A DNA stretch of 57,856 bases from Bacteroidales bacterium (GTDB lineage: Bacteria > Bacteroidota > Bacteroidia > Bacteroidales > VadinHA17). A program made the position numbers and the translations under genes. The stretch covers positions 1 to 57,856 of the forward strand of contig JBGSLG010000118.1 in the NCBI GenBank assembly GCA_041740815.1, written 5' to 3'. Shown here piece after piece: positions 37,554 to 47,583 of the stretch. How positions within the stretch are numbered: position 1 is the stretch's first letter; every line of letters begins with the position of its first letter. The notes beneath the pieces were generated by a model. It was not told where the DNA came from and did no database searches. It saw nothing but the letters and a program-made list of their open reading frames with translations.

Positions 37554-39650
37554 GTGAGTGTGCTGAAAAAGATCATTCTCTCACTGTTCTGCATCGTTCT
37601 CATGTCATACAATGCCATCGCCACCCCGTCAAGGGTGACGGAGGGTGTGCTTGACCTGAGACATATCCAGCAGGGCGATGACTTTACCGTGCGGATGAAC
37701 GGCGAGTGGGAGTTTTATTTCAGCACATTCATCTACGGTACCCCCGGAAAAATACAGGACACCCTACGGCCTGACTGTTACGGGAAGGTGCCGGGCTACT
37801 GGAGTGAATACACCGTGAACGGTGAACAGCTGCCGCAATTCGGGTACGGCACTTACAGGGCTCTTATTCTTCTTCCATCAGGATTCCGTGACCGAATGGG
37901 AATAGACGTGCCCGTCTTCGACACCTCTTACGAGATAGCAGTAAATGGCGTCACAATGGCAAGGAACGGTACTCCGGCACGCAGCAAAGCAGAGTCCATC
38001 CCCTCTTATGAGCCCCTTTTCTTCAGCTATCTGCCGGGCAAGGACACCCTTGAGATACTCATACGGGTATCCAACTACGAACATCGCAGGGGTGGCTTCT
38101 GGATGCCGATGAAAGTAGGCACATTCCATTCCATACAGAGCAACTTCACCAACCAGTGGTTCATCTCCGTTGCCGTTGCGGGAATGCTTTTCGCCTCATT
38201 CCTCTTCTTTTTCATATTCTACCTGCTTGACAGAAGAGACAGGAAACTGCTCATGTTCTCTATCCTGGTCCTCTGCCTGGCATTGAGGCCCTTCCTGTCC
38301 GCCCCTTACCTGATCACCATTACCGATTTCAGGAACTGGAACATGATTGTCAGTGGTGAGTACCTGATACTGTTCATGATGATTGCCTCCGGTGTCTGGC
38401 TCGCATACATGATATACCCGGCCCGCTGGTTCAGAAAATTCGCTATTACAGTCGATATCATATTCCTTGCAGGCATTATCCTTGTGTTTGCACTGCCGGT
38501 ATATCTCTTCTCTTATTCAGTGTGGGCGATTCAGGCAACAGCCCTGTTTGCTCTGCTTTATGTCATCACAATGAGCATTAATGGAGTGCTAAGGCGAAGA
38601 TGGATTGATCTGTTGTACCTTATTGCGTTCCTTGCCATCGGGTTTGGGGTCATCGCCGACATCCTGCTTGCCAACGCACTCGAGGAAAACCAGCAGCTCT
38701 ACATTCTCTCATTCCTGATGCTTGTGTTTGTAGTGATACAGGCCACCCTTCTTATCCGTGACTGGATAAGATCAGGAAGGGAGAGGGAGAAGCTCTCAGT
38801 ACAGCTGGAGGAGCTGAACAGAAACCTTGAGACACGGGTTGAGGAGAGAACCAGGGAACTGAGGGAGAAGAGTGACGAGTTAAACGCCCGCAATGAACAG
38901 ATAGCACTACAGAATAGAAAGCTCTCTGAGACCATCAGCCTCAAGAACAAGATCTTTTCAGTAATATCGCATGACCTGCGCAGCCCCGTCGTGAATATCC
39001 TCTATTCACTCTACCTGCTCAAGGAAGAGGAATATCGCGACAAGACAGAGTCGCTCGCGGATTCGTGCATCCAGTATTCGCAGATGCTTATCACCCTGCT
39101 CGAGAATATGCTTGTATGGGGAAGAGGACAGGAAGGCATGATCCGCAATGCACCGGCTGAAAACGACATTGCAGACATCATCCTGACAAACATAAGCATA
39201 CTGAAAGACAGCGCAGACAGGAAGAAGATCTCAATCAACTTCACCCAGGTTGGCCGGTCAAAGGGATGGTTTGACAGAGACCTTGCAGATATAATCATCA
39301 GGAACCTTCTGTCTAACGCCATCAAATACACCAATCAAGGCGGCCGTGTAACCATTCATGTGAAAGAAAAGGAAGAAACAGGCGAATGGGTAATAATCAG
39401 GGTATGTGACAACGGTGTAGGTATAAGCGCAAAGCAGCAGCAGACGCTATTTTCCGGTAACGAGATAACTACCACCCCGGGGACCGATTCCGAGAAGGGA
39501 ACAGGCATCGGACTGAAGCTCGTACATGAGCTTGTAACCATCAGCAATGGGAACATCACCGTAGAGAGCACACCTGGCAACGGCAGCTGCTTCACGGTAA
39601 CCCTGCCCGGACCGGGGCATGAACGAAAGGGGCGTGACCTGCTTATCTGA
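37554..39650 (+). CDS. 7TM-DISM-type sensor histidine kinase
   Basis: Periplasmic LDL...NGEWEFY domain; TM bundle; H-box SHDLRSP; N-box NLLSNAIKY; DNGVG and GTGIGL. Confidence 0.9.
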   Translation: MSVLKKIILSLFCIVLMSYNAIATPSRVTEGVLDLRHIQQGDDFTVRMNGEWEFYFSTFIYGTPGKIQDTLRPDCYGKVPGYWSEYTVNGEQLPQFGYGTYRALILLPSGFRDRMGIDVPVFDTSYEIAVNGVTMARNGTPARSKAESIPSYEPLFFSYLPGKDTLEILIRVSNYEHRRGGFWMPMKVGTFHSIQSNFTNQWFISVAVAGMLFASFLFFFIFYLLDRRDRKLLMFSILVLCLALRPFLSAPYLITITDFRNWNMIVSGEYLILFMMIASGVWLAYMIYPARWFRKFAITVDIIFLAGIILVFALPVYLFSYSVWAIQATALFALLYVITMSINGVLRRRWIDLLYLIAFLAIGFGVIADILLANALEENQQLYILSFLMLVFVVIQATLLIRDWIRSGREREKLSVQLEELNRNLETRVEERTRELREKSDELNARNEQIALQNRKLSETISLKNKIFSVISHDLRSPVVNILYSLYLLKEEEYRDKTESLADSCIQYSQMLITLLENMLVWGRGQEGMIRNAPAENDIADIILTNISILKDSADRKKISINFTQVGRSKGWFDRDLADIIIRNLLSNAIKYTNQGGRVTIHVKEKEETGEWVIIRVCDNGVGISAKQQQTLFSGNEITTTPGTDSEKGTGIGLKLVHELVTISNGNITVESTPGNGSCFTVTLPGPGHERKGRDLLI

Positions 39651-39719
39651 CAACTGCCCTCACACCCTGACACAAGCGAGGCACAATCTTACACCGCAGA
39701 CCTTTACCGGGAATCAACC

Positions 39720-40391
39720 TCACCCCTCTGAGAGCCTTGACAGGCCCCTGATATCGAGCAGCCTGACCACGCGCCTTTCTACCGAAATGAGACCCGCATC
39801 CTCCATCTCACCAATGGCCCTGGCAAGTGACGGCCGGGTGACCCCGAAGAACTCAGAGAGCTCCTGCTGTGTGCGGTCAACAATCACCCTGCCCGAAGAA
39901 GCCCCCGGAAGCGATGAGAGGTAATGAGCAAACTTGCCCCTGATGGTACGGAATGAGAGGAACCTGATCCTGCCTGAAAGAAAGAGAGCCTTGGTGCAGA
40001 CCACAGTGAGATAGTTGGAGAGGATTCGCGTGTCACTCTTCATCAGGGTCAGGTAATCGGCTTTGCCAACTATAAGCAACTCTGAATCTGTATTCGCTAT
40101 GACATTTACCGGAAATAGCGCTCCTGCACCATAAATGAATGCTGAGGCCAGAGCCTGTGGAGGATTGACATCTTCGATCTTAATGGTGCGCCCGGCAAGA
40201 TCGGTCATCTCACCCTTCATACTGCCCGAGAGCACTATCATTACCGAGGAGATCTCCTCCCCTGCCAGGGCGGCCACCGCACCTGCGTTGAAGAATCTTA
40301 CCCTGTAGTTTACACTGTCAAGAAGAGATTCAATCTCGGTATCATTCAAGCCGGCAAACAGCGGCGATCTGCTCAGAACTGGAAACTTCAC
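39720..40391 (-). CDS. hcpR: Crp/Fnr family regulator (HcpR-like); GTG start at 40391 preferred
   Basis: cNMP-binding fold and HTH TQQELSEFFGVTRPSLAR; divergent from frdX-hcp. Confidence 0.85.
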   Translation of the reverse strand: MKFPVLSRSPLFAGLNDTEIESLLDSVNYRVRFFNAGAVAALAGEEISSVMIVLSGSMKGEMTDLAGRTIKIEDVNPPQALASAFIYGAGALFPVNVIANTDSELLIVGKADYLTLMKSDTRILSNYLTVVCTKALFLSGRIRFLSFRTIRGKFAHYLSSLPGASSGRVIVDRTQQELSEFFGVTRPSLARAIGEMEDAGLISVERRVVRLLDIRGLSRLSEG

Positions 40392-40423
40392 TTTTTTTGT
40401 TAAAAATAAATATAATTCGCAAA

Positions 40424-40441
40424 TTGTAACAATTGTTACAA
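40424..40441. promoter_or_regulatory. Perfect 18-bp palindrome TTGTAACAATTGTTACAA, HcpR-type operator
   Basis: GTAAC-n4-GTTAC core between hcpR and frdX-hcp. Confidence 0.8.
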
Positions 40442-40461
40442 AATAAATTTTGTCCGACAGG

Positions 40462-40469
40462 TACATTTG
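40462..40469 (+). promoter_or_regulatory. -7 element TACATTTG of the frdX-hcp promoter
   Basis: TAnnTTTG match 20 nt downstream of the palindrome. Confidence 0.6.
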
Positions 40470-40492
40470 TGTTGTAAACAGAAATAGAATCA

Positions 40493-41464
40493 ATGCAGAG
40501 AGATATAATTAAGATTGATGAGGAGAGGTGCACAGGCTGCGGGCTATGTGTACCGAATTGTCATGAAGGTGCTCTCCGGGTGATTGACGGCAAGGTCAGG
40601 CTGGTGTCAGAGCTGATGTGCGACGGGCTGGGTGCCTGCATAGGTCACTGCCCGGAGGATGCCATCACCATCGAGAAAAGAGAGGCTGAACCGTATGATG
40701 AGATCGCAGTTATTGCCGACATGGTGAATAAGGGTGCGAACACCGTCATAGCCCACCTCAGGCATCTGAAAGACCATAATGAGTACGGATACCTGGAGGA
40801 GGGTTCCACCTGGCTGGAAGTACATGCCAAAGATCTTCCATTCAGTGTTAACGAGGTTCTGGATGCGGTTAACGGGGCCTCCGGGCAGAAACAGGCAGCG
40901 TCTGCTATTCATCTTGAAAATGCTGCACCTGGTAATCAGCACGCACGTATCTCACACGGAGGTCAGCATGCACATGCCGAACACGGTGGTCATCATGCCC
41001 ACGCCGGCGGAAGCTGCCCCGGCAGCAGGGAGAGGCTGATAGCCCCCGCACCGGTGTTTGATACGGCAACGGCAGTGACACCCTCGCAGCTAACCCACTG
41101 GCCGGTGCAGATGCATCTTGTCAATCCCAACTCCCCGGTATACAGGGGGGCTGACCTGCTGCTTGCGGCCGACTGCGTGGCATTCTCGCTGGGATCATTC
41201 CACGGCAGTTTCCTGAAAGGCAGGACCCTTGCAATAGCCTGCCCTAAACTCGATCATGGAACAGAAACATATATAGATAAGCTGACAGTAATGATAGATA
41301 CTGCAAGGGTGAACACAATCACAGTCATGATGATGGAGGTCCCCTGTTGCGGAGGTCTCATGCAGATGGTCCGTACAGCAATGGCCCGGGCATCGAGGAA
41401 AGTGCCTGTCAAGGCAGTCATGGTGAGCATCGATGGAAAGATCCTCAGTGATGAGTGGATATAA
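40493..41464 (+). CDS. Hcp-associated 4Fe-4S ferredoxin-domain protein (FrdX-like)
   Basis: CTGCGLCVPNC, CDGLGACIGHCP, GGSCPGS, WPVQ, AADC, ACPKLD and MEVPCC motifs. Confidence 0.85.
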   Translation: MQRDIIKIDEERCTGCGLCVPNCHEGALRVIDGKVRLVSELMCDGLGACIGHCPEDAITIEKREAEPYDEIAVIADMVNKGANTVIAHLRHLKDHNEYGYLEEGSTWLEVHAKDLPFSVNEVLDAVNGASGQKQAASAIHLENAAPGNQHARISHGGQHAHAEHGGHHAHAGGSCPGSRERLIAPAPVFDTATAVTPSQLTHWPVQMHLVNPNSPVYRGADLLLAADCVAFSLGSFHGSFLKGRTLAIACPKLDHGTETYIDKLTVMIDTARVNTITVMMMEVPCCGGLMQMVRTAMARASRKVPVKAVMVSIDGKILSDEWI

Positions 41465-41505
41465 ACAAATTCATAAAAATTATTACAAACTAAAAATCTT
41501 ATAAA

Positions 41506-43152
41506 ATGAGCATGTTTTGTTTTCAGTGCCAGGAAACGGCAAAAGGAACCGGATGCGTCGTTAAAGGCGTATGCGGAAAGACGGATGATGTTGCTCAGGC
41601 CCAGGATCTCCTGGTCTGGGTTGCAAAGGGTATCTCAATACTCGGTACCATTGCCCGTGAGAACCACTATTCAAATGCAAAGGTTGACAGGTTCGTTCAG
41701 GAAGCGCTGTTCACAACCATCACCAATGCCAACTTTGACAAGGTAAAGATCTATGCAAAGGTCAATGAGGGCATCGCCCTCAGGGAAAAATTCATCGGCG
41801 AGATGAAGAGCCATGCTATTGCCATCCCCGGGAATCTCCATGCAAGCGCAACATGGAAGCCTGCAAATGAGCAGGATATGGTCGATATGGCTTCAAAGAC
41901 CGGTGTCCTCACAACGCTGAACGAGGATGTCCGGTCGCTGCGCGAGCTGGTCATCTACGGAGTAAAGGGTATTGCTGCATACGCAGAACACGCAGGTAAC
42001 CTTGGGTTCAACAGCGACAGCGTTGACGCCTTCATTCAACGTGCCCTCACCGCCACCACCAATGACAACCTCACCGTGGATGAACTCGTAGCACTGGTAC
42101 TCGAGACAGGAAAGAACGGGGTCGAAGTGATGGCTCTTCTTGACAAAGCCAACACTACTGCTTACGGTAACCCTGAGATCACCGAGGTCAATCTGGGTGT
42201 AAGAAAGAACCCTGCCATCCTGATCAGCGGCCATGACATGAAAGACATGGAAGAGCTTCTGCGCCAGACCGAAGACACAGGCGTTGATGTATATACGCAC
42301 AGCGAGATGCTTCCGGCAAACTACTACCCTGCTTTCAAGAAATACAAGCACTTTGTAGGCAACTACGGTAACTCATGGTGGAAACAGACAACCGAATTTG
42401 AGTCCTTCAACGGGCCCGTCCTCTTCACCACTAACTGCATTGTGCCGCTGCGCGAAAGCTACAGTGACCGGATCTATACCACCGGCTCGTCGGGTTATCC
42501 CGGTTGCCCCCATATTCCCGACAGGGAACCGGGGAAGGAGAAAGACTTCTCGGCAATCATTGCCCATGCAAAAAAATGCGCTGCTCCCACGGAGATAGAA
42601 TCAGGGACCCTTATCGGAGGCTTTGCCCATAACAAGGTGGCACTGCTGGCCGACAAGGTTGTGGAAGCAGTGAAGAGCGGAGCCATCAGGAAATTTGTTG
42701 TGATGGGAGGATGCGACGGACGCATGAAGAGCCGCGAATACTACACCGAGTTTGCTCAGGCACTCCCTAAAGACACCGTCATCCTGACGGCCGGTTGCGC
42801 CAAATACAGGTACAACAAACTGAAACTGGGCGACATCAACGGGATACCGCGCGTGCTGGACGCCGGACAGTGCAACGATTCCTACTCGCTGGCAGTAACT
42901 GCACTGCTGCTCAAAGATGCATTCAAGCTGGATGACATCAATGAGCTGCCGATAGCATTCAACATCGCATGGTATGAACAGAAGGCCGTAATAGTCCTGC
43001 TGGCTCTCCTCTACCTGGGTGTGAAGAAGATCCACCTCGGTCCTACAATTCCGGGCTTCCTGTCACCGAACGTGGTGAACGTGCTGGTTGAGAAATTCGG
43101 CATAGCAGGTATTACAACGGTTGATGAGGATATGAAGATCCTGATGAATTAA
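41506..43152 (+). CDS. hcp: Hybrid cluster protein (hydroxylamine/NO reductase)
   Basis: MFCFQCQET...C...GVCGK, SGHD, HSEM, GGCDG, GCAKY, GQCND and WYEQKA motifs. Confidence 0.97.
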   Translation: MSMFCFQCQETAKGTGCVVKGVCGKTDDVAQAQDLLVWVAKGISILGTIARENHYSNAKVDRFVQEALFTTITNANFDKVKIYAKVNEGIALREKFIGEMKSHAIAIPGNLHASATWKPANEQDMVDMASKTGVLTTLNEDVRSLRELVIYGVKGIAAYAEHAGNLGFNSDSVDAFIQRALTATTNDNLTVDELVALVLETGKNGVEVMALLDKANTTAYGNPEITEVNLGVRKNPAILISGHDMKDMEELLRQTEDTGVDVYTHSEMLPANYYPAFKKYKHFVGNYGNSWWKQTTEFESFNGPVLFTTNCIVPLRESYSDRIYTTGSSGYPGCPHIPDREPGKEKDFSAIIAHAKKCAAPTEIESGTLIGGFAHNKVALLADKVVEAVKSGAIRKFVVMGGCDGRMKSREYYTEFAQALPKDTVILTAGCAKYRYNKLKLGDINGIPRVLDAGQCNDSYSLAVTALLLKDAFKLDDINELPIAFNIAWYEQKAVIVLLALLYLGVKKIHLGPTIPGFLSPNVVNVLVEKFGIAGITTVDEDMKILMN

Positions 43153-43172
43153 TTACAAGCGGTTACGGATTG

Positions 43173-43208
43173 AAAGGGAGTTCTGATGATGAACTCCCTT
43201 TTTCTTTT
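43173..43208 (+). terminator. Intrinsic terminator after hcp
   Basis: AAAGGGAGTTC / GAACTCCCTTT stem followed by a T-rich tail. Confidence 0.85.
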
Positions 43209-43329
43209 CCGGCAGGATGTGAAACTAATATATATCACATTTATGCACATTTTCCTTGAAATTGAGCATAAATGACTAATTTGGTGATCTTAAACCAGTC
43301 GTGCCACAGGCGGCAAAAATCTGATTGTC

Positions 43330-46300
43330 ATGAATAAAAACCTTTTATTCAATGCAGCTGACGGCGGCTTCTTCATCGGACTTGACATCGGATCCGTTTC
43401 GCTTAACACCGTACTTCTCGATGAGCATTTCAGGATTGTCGAAGATTATTATGACTATGTCCACGGAAAGCCGTTCAATGTTCTCCATGAACGCCTCCTC
43501 ACACTTTTGAAAGATCATCCACCTGAGACAATCAGCGGTATTGCCCTTACCGGTACCGGGGGTAAGCTTGCTTCCGGACTGATAGGCGGTCTCTTTGTTA
43601 ACGAAATCATAGCCCAGGCCACGGCGGCGGGGAGACTCTTCCCCGATGCCCGCACCGTCATTGAGATCGGTGGGGAAGATTCAAAACTCATCGTTCTTGA
43701 GAGGCAACCCGACGATGAATATGCCAGGCTGGTTGATTTTGAGATGAACAGCGTATGCGCCGCGGGCACCGGCTCTTTTCTCGATCAGCAGGCAAAGCGT
43801 ATAGGTGTCCCTATAGAGAAGGAGTTTGGCGAGATGGCAATGCGTTCCGTCAATCCGCCACGTATTGCCGGACGCTGCAGCGTCTTTGCCAAGAGTGACA
43901 TGATCCACCATCAGCAACTGGCCACCCCGCTGCATGATATTGTGGCAGGACTGTGTTTTGCGCTGGCAAGGAATTTCCGGAGCACGGTGGCGCGAAGCAA
44001 GGAGATAAAGAAACCAGTGATCTTCTCCGGGGGCGTCGCCGCCAACATCGGCATGGTCAGGGCATTCCGCGAGGTTCTTGACCTTACCGGCGACGAGCTG
44101 ATCATTCCTGAACATCATGCCTCGATGGGCGCCATCGGAGCCGTCATGTACGGCCAGTCCAATAATTTACAGATGGATCATTTTGCCGGGCTGGCAAAAC
44201 TGGAGGAATATCTTAAGATCAACAGCGCGGAATTAAGCAGCCTCCCCCAGCTGACAGAATCTTCAGCTACATACAACAAGGAGGTCAGATTCAGAAAAAA
44301 TAGCTCTGAAAAAATCCCTGTGTACCTTGGCATCGACGTCGGCTCCCTGAGCACAAACGTCGTGCTCATTGACCCGCAGCACAATGTGGTGGCAAGACGG
44401 TATCTGCCCACTGCCGGCAAACCCCTTGAGGCTATCCAGAAAGGCTTGTCCGAAATCTACGACGAAGCGGGAAGCGATGTGGAGGTCATTGGCGCAGGAA
44501 CCACAGGCTCAGGAAGGTATCTTACCGGCGACTTCATCGGTGCCGATGCCATCCGTAATGAGATAACGGCACAGGCCACAGCCGCAATAGACTATGACCC
44601 TACTGTTGACACCATTTTTGAGATCGGAGGACAGGATTCCAAGTATATCTGCATCGAGAACGGGGTGGTGGTCGACTTTGAGATGAACAAGGTATGCGCT
44701 GCAGGCACCGGGTCATTCCTGGAGGAGCAGGCAGAGAAGCTGAACATAAAGATCGTGGAAGAGTTCGGAGCCATGGCTCTGAAGTCAGAGTCGCCCGTCA
44801 AGCTCGGCGACCGTTGTACGGTCTTCATGGAGTCAGACCTTAATTCCTTCATGCAGAAAGGCGCCAGAAATGACAACCTGGTTGGCGGACTGGCATATTC
44901 AATCGTATACAACTACCTCCAGAAAGTGGTGGCTGACCGTAAGGTAGGTGACAAGATCTTCTTCCAGGGAGGAGTAACAAACAATAAGGCCGTGGTAGCT
45001 GCTTTTGAACAGGTGCTCGGCAAAAAACTGATTATCCCTCCCCACTTCGATGTAACAGGAGCCATCGGGGCGGCAATACTGGCGCAGAGATCGATGACTG
45101 AAGGACAAAAGACCTCATTCAGGGGCTTCGGCATACGGAACGCCACATACGAGATGAGCAGGTTCGTCTGTAACGGCTGCGTCAACCACTGCGAGATCAG
45201 CAAAGTGAAGATCGAAGGAGATGACAAACCGCTCTTCTACGGGGGCCGGTGTGAGAAATGGGAGACTGACGGGCGCAAGAAAGACAAGAGCCGACTGCCT
45301 GACCTCTTCAGGACAAGAACGGAGATGCTCACCGGCGATTACAGGGAAGAAAACCCTGATGGAAGACCTACGATAGGCATTCCCAGGGCGCTGATGATAT
45401 ACTGGCAGCAGTTTCCGTTCTGGAGAACCTTCTTTGAGGAACTTGGGTTCAGGGTCGTTATCTCGAGAGAGTCTGACAGGAAACTTGTAGCACAGTCCAT
45501 TGAAACCATCACCGCTGAGACCTGCCTGCCGGTGGAACTGATGCACGGGCATGTGATGGACCTGATTGAAAAGGGAGCCGATCATGTTTTCCTTCCCTTT
45601 ATTGTCAGCGGCAAATACAAGGAGGGCGATAAGACTACAAACTCCAACTGCCCATGGATACAGTCGTTCCCATTTATGGTCAAAGCCGCACTGAGGGGCA
45701 AGGTTGACGACTCGAAGTTCCTCACTCCCACCCTTCACTTCAGGTTTTTTGAACGTGCGCTGGTGAAAGAGCTTACGGCATTCTTCGGCGAGCGGTTCGG
45801 TCTTGACGCCGGCATGATAAGGAAAGCCATCGGTAAGGCTGACGCAATGCAGATAGCATTCGAGAAGGGCCTAATGGATTACGGGCGTAAGGTCATGGCT
45901 GAAATCCCTGAAGGGTGCCGGCCGGTGGTCATACTGGGAAGGCCCTATAACAGCTCCGATCCCTATCTCAATCTTGATCTGACCGGTAAGCTGCTGGCGC
46001 AGGATGTCATGCCTATACCTCTTGACATGCTCGATCTGTCCGTGGCTGATATCTATGGCAACTACCGTAACATGTACTGGCCCAACGGGCAGAAGATGAT
46101 TGCCGCCGCACAGTATGTTGCAAGAACCGAAGGACTTTATGCGGTCTATATCAGTAACTTCAGGTGCGGGCCCGACTCCTTTATCTGGCACTACGTGACC
46201 GAGGAGCTCAAAGGCAAGCCGTTCCTTCACCTGGAGGTTGACGAGCACTCTGCTGATGCGGGTATGGTTACGCGTATAGAGGCGTTCCTTGACAGCCTGG

Positions 46301-47583
46301 CAGGCGCGGAACAGAATGAAAAGAAAGATTTGACCGTTATCCGTCCGCGCCCCAGTCCGTCAGAGCCGCCGGTAAACAGGACCCTTTACTTCCCTTACAT
46401 GCATGACGGCGCATATTTTGTGGCAGCGGCTGCGCGGAGCATAGGCATACCTTCGGAGGTGCTTCCGAAACAGACAGACGAGGAGATTGCACTGGGCAGA
46501 AAATACACCTCCTCCAAGGAGTGCTTCCCGATGATATGCACTACCGGCAGCTTCCTCAAGAAGCTGATGGAACCGGGTGCAGACCCCTCAACGATGAGCT
46601 TCTTTATGCCTGATCATAACGGCCCGTGCCGGTTCGGACAGTACAACCAATTCCAGCGGATTCTATTTGACAGGCTGGGATTTAAGGAGGCAGAGCTGGT
46701 GACGCCTTCCAATGACACTGCCTACGCCGATCTTGCAGGCGACAGGAGCAAGAAGTTCAGGATCAACGCGTGGAAAGGATTCGTATCATTTGACTACTTA
46801 AGGAAACTGTACCGTGAGATCCGGCCCTATGAACTGAAAAAGGGTGAAACTGAAGCGGTATACCAGGCAGCATTGAAGAAGGTGGAGAGTTGCATTGAAA
46901 ACAACAGCCGGGGTCTCCGCCGTCTCCTGGTGGAGATTGCCGGTGAATTCATGGCAATAAAGGCTGACAGGAACCCCCGGAGACCTGTCGTAGCCGTCCT
47001 CGGAGAGATTTACATGCGTGACAATGCCGGGTGCAACGGCAATATTTCCAACCGTCTCGAAAACCTCGGGGCGGAGGTAGTGATAGGCCCCTTCTCTGAA
47101 TGGATCACCTATTCCACCCACCGCTTTGGCCGTGACAGCAGGTGGAAAAACGACACCAGGGGGCTGATAAGATCGAAGATCCAGGGTATCGGGCAGGAGG
47201 TGATTGTCGATTATCTCCTCAGGGGCATAAAAAAATACACAGACACCACCAAGGATGTATCTCTGCATGAAATCCTTAAGCTGAGTAACAAGTATGTAAG
47301 CGAATTCTACGACGGCGACCCGCCGATAGCCATGGGCTCATCGGCAGCGCTTGCGCAGAGGGGGGTATCAGGCATTGCTGCAATCCTTCCTTTTACTTGC
47401 ATGCCCGGTACACTGGTAGCGTCAGTAAGCGATTCGTTCCGAAAGGACAACAACAATATTCCTTTCCTGAACATTCCTTATGACGGCCAGGATACAGTCG
47501 CACTTGAGACACGGCTCCAGGCCTTCATGTTCCAGGTCAGGGAGTACGCTGAGGCTCGCCAACCAGTGTCATCTCATCAATGA
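43330..47583 (+). CDS. Fused CoA-substrate activase (2x BadF/BcrAD ATPase) + DUF2229 + 2-hydroxyacyl-CoA dehydratase-like domains
   Basis: GLDIGS and GIDVGS, EIGG.DSK twice, CAAGTGSFL twice, ETCLP, GRPYN, NFRCGPD, GPCRFGQY and PFTCMPG motifs. Confidence 0.85.
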   Translation: MNKNLLFNAADGGFFIGLDIGSVSLNTVLLDEHFRIVEDYYDYVHGKPFNVLHERLLTLLKDHPPETISGIALTGTGGKLASGLIGGLFVNEIIAQATAAGRLFPDARTVIEIGGEDSKLIVLERQPDDEYARLVDFEMNSVCAAGTGSFLDQQAKRIGVPIEKEFGEMAMRSVNPPRIAGRCSVFAKSDMIHHQQLATPLHDIVAGLCFALARNFRSTVARSKEIKKPVIFSGGVAANIGMVRAFREVLDLTGDELIIPEHHASMGAIGAVMYGQSNNLQMDHFAGLAKLEEYLKINSAELSSLPQLTESSATYNKEVRFRKNSSEKIPVYLGIDVGSLSTNVVLIDPQHNVVARRYLPTAGKPLEAIQKGLSEIYDEAGSDVEVIGAGTTGSGRYLTGDFIGADAIRNEITAQATAAIDYDPTVDTIFEIGGQDSKYICIENGVVVDFEMNKVCAAGTGSFLEEQAEKLNIKIVEEFGAMALKSESPVKLGDRCTVFMESDLNSFMQKGARNDNLVGGLAYSIVYNYLQKVVADRKVGDKIFFQGGVTNNKAVVAAFEQVLGKKLIIPPHFDVTGAIGAAILAQRSMTEGQKTSFRGFGIRNATYEMSRFVCNGCVNHCEISKVKIEGDDKPLFYGGRCEKWETDGRKKDKSRLPDLFRTRTEMLTGDYREENPDGRPTIGIPRALMIYWQQFPFWRTFFEELGFRVVISRESDRKLVAQSIETITAETCLPVELMHGHVMDLIEKGADHVFLPFIVSGKYKEGDKTTNSNCPWIQSFPFMVKAALRGKVDDSKFLTPTLHFRFFERALVKELTAFFGERFGLDAGMIRKAIGKADAMQIAFEKGLMDYGRKVMAEIPEGCRPVVILGRPYNSSDPYLNLDLTGKLLAQDVMPIPLDMLDLSVADIYGNYRNMYWPNGQKMIAAAQYVARTEGLYAVYISNFRCGPDSFIWHYVTEELKGKPFLHLEVDEHSADAGMVTRIEAFLDSLAGAEQNEKKDLTVIRPRPSPSEPPVNRTLYFPYMHDGAYFVAAAARSIGIPSEVLPKQTDEEIALGRKYTSSKECFPMICTTGSFLKKLMEPGADPSTMSFFMPDHNGPCRFGQYNQFQRILFDRLGFKEAELVTPSNDTAYADLAGDRSKKFRINAWKGFVSFDYLRKLYREIRPYELKKGETEAVYQAALKKVESCIENNSRGLRRLLVEIAGEFMAIKADRNPRRPVVAVLGEIYMRDNAGCNGNISNRLENLGAEVVIGPFSEWITYSTHRFGRDSRWKNDTRGLIRSKIQGIGQEVIVDYLLRGIKKYTDTTKDVSLHEILKLSNKYVSEFYDGDPPIAMGSSAALAQRGVSGIAAILPFTCMPGTLVASVSDSFRKDNNNIPFLNIPYDGQDTVALETRLQAFMFQVREYAEARQPVSSHQ

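Noticed and set aside
40392-40493. N-terminal extension of the Crp/Fnr ORF to 40493
   Set aside because: It would cover the operator and promoter and touch the divergent start codon; GTG at 40391 fits better
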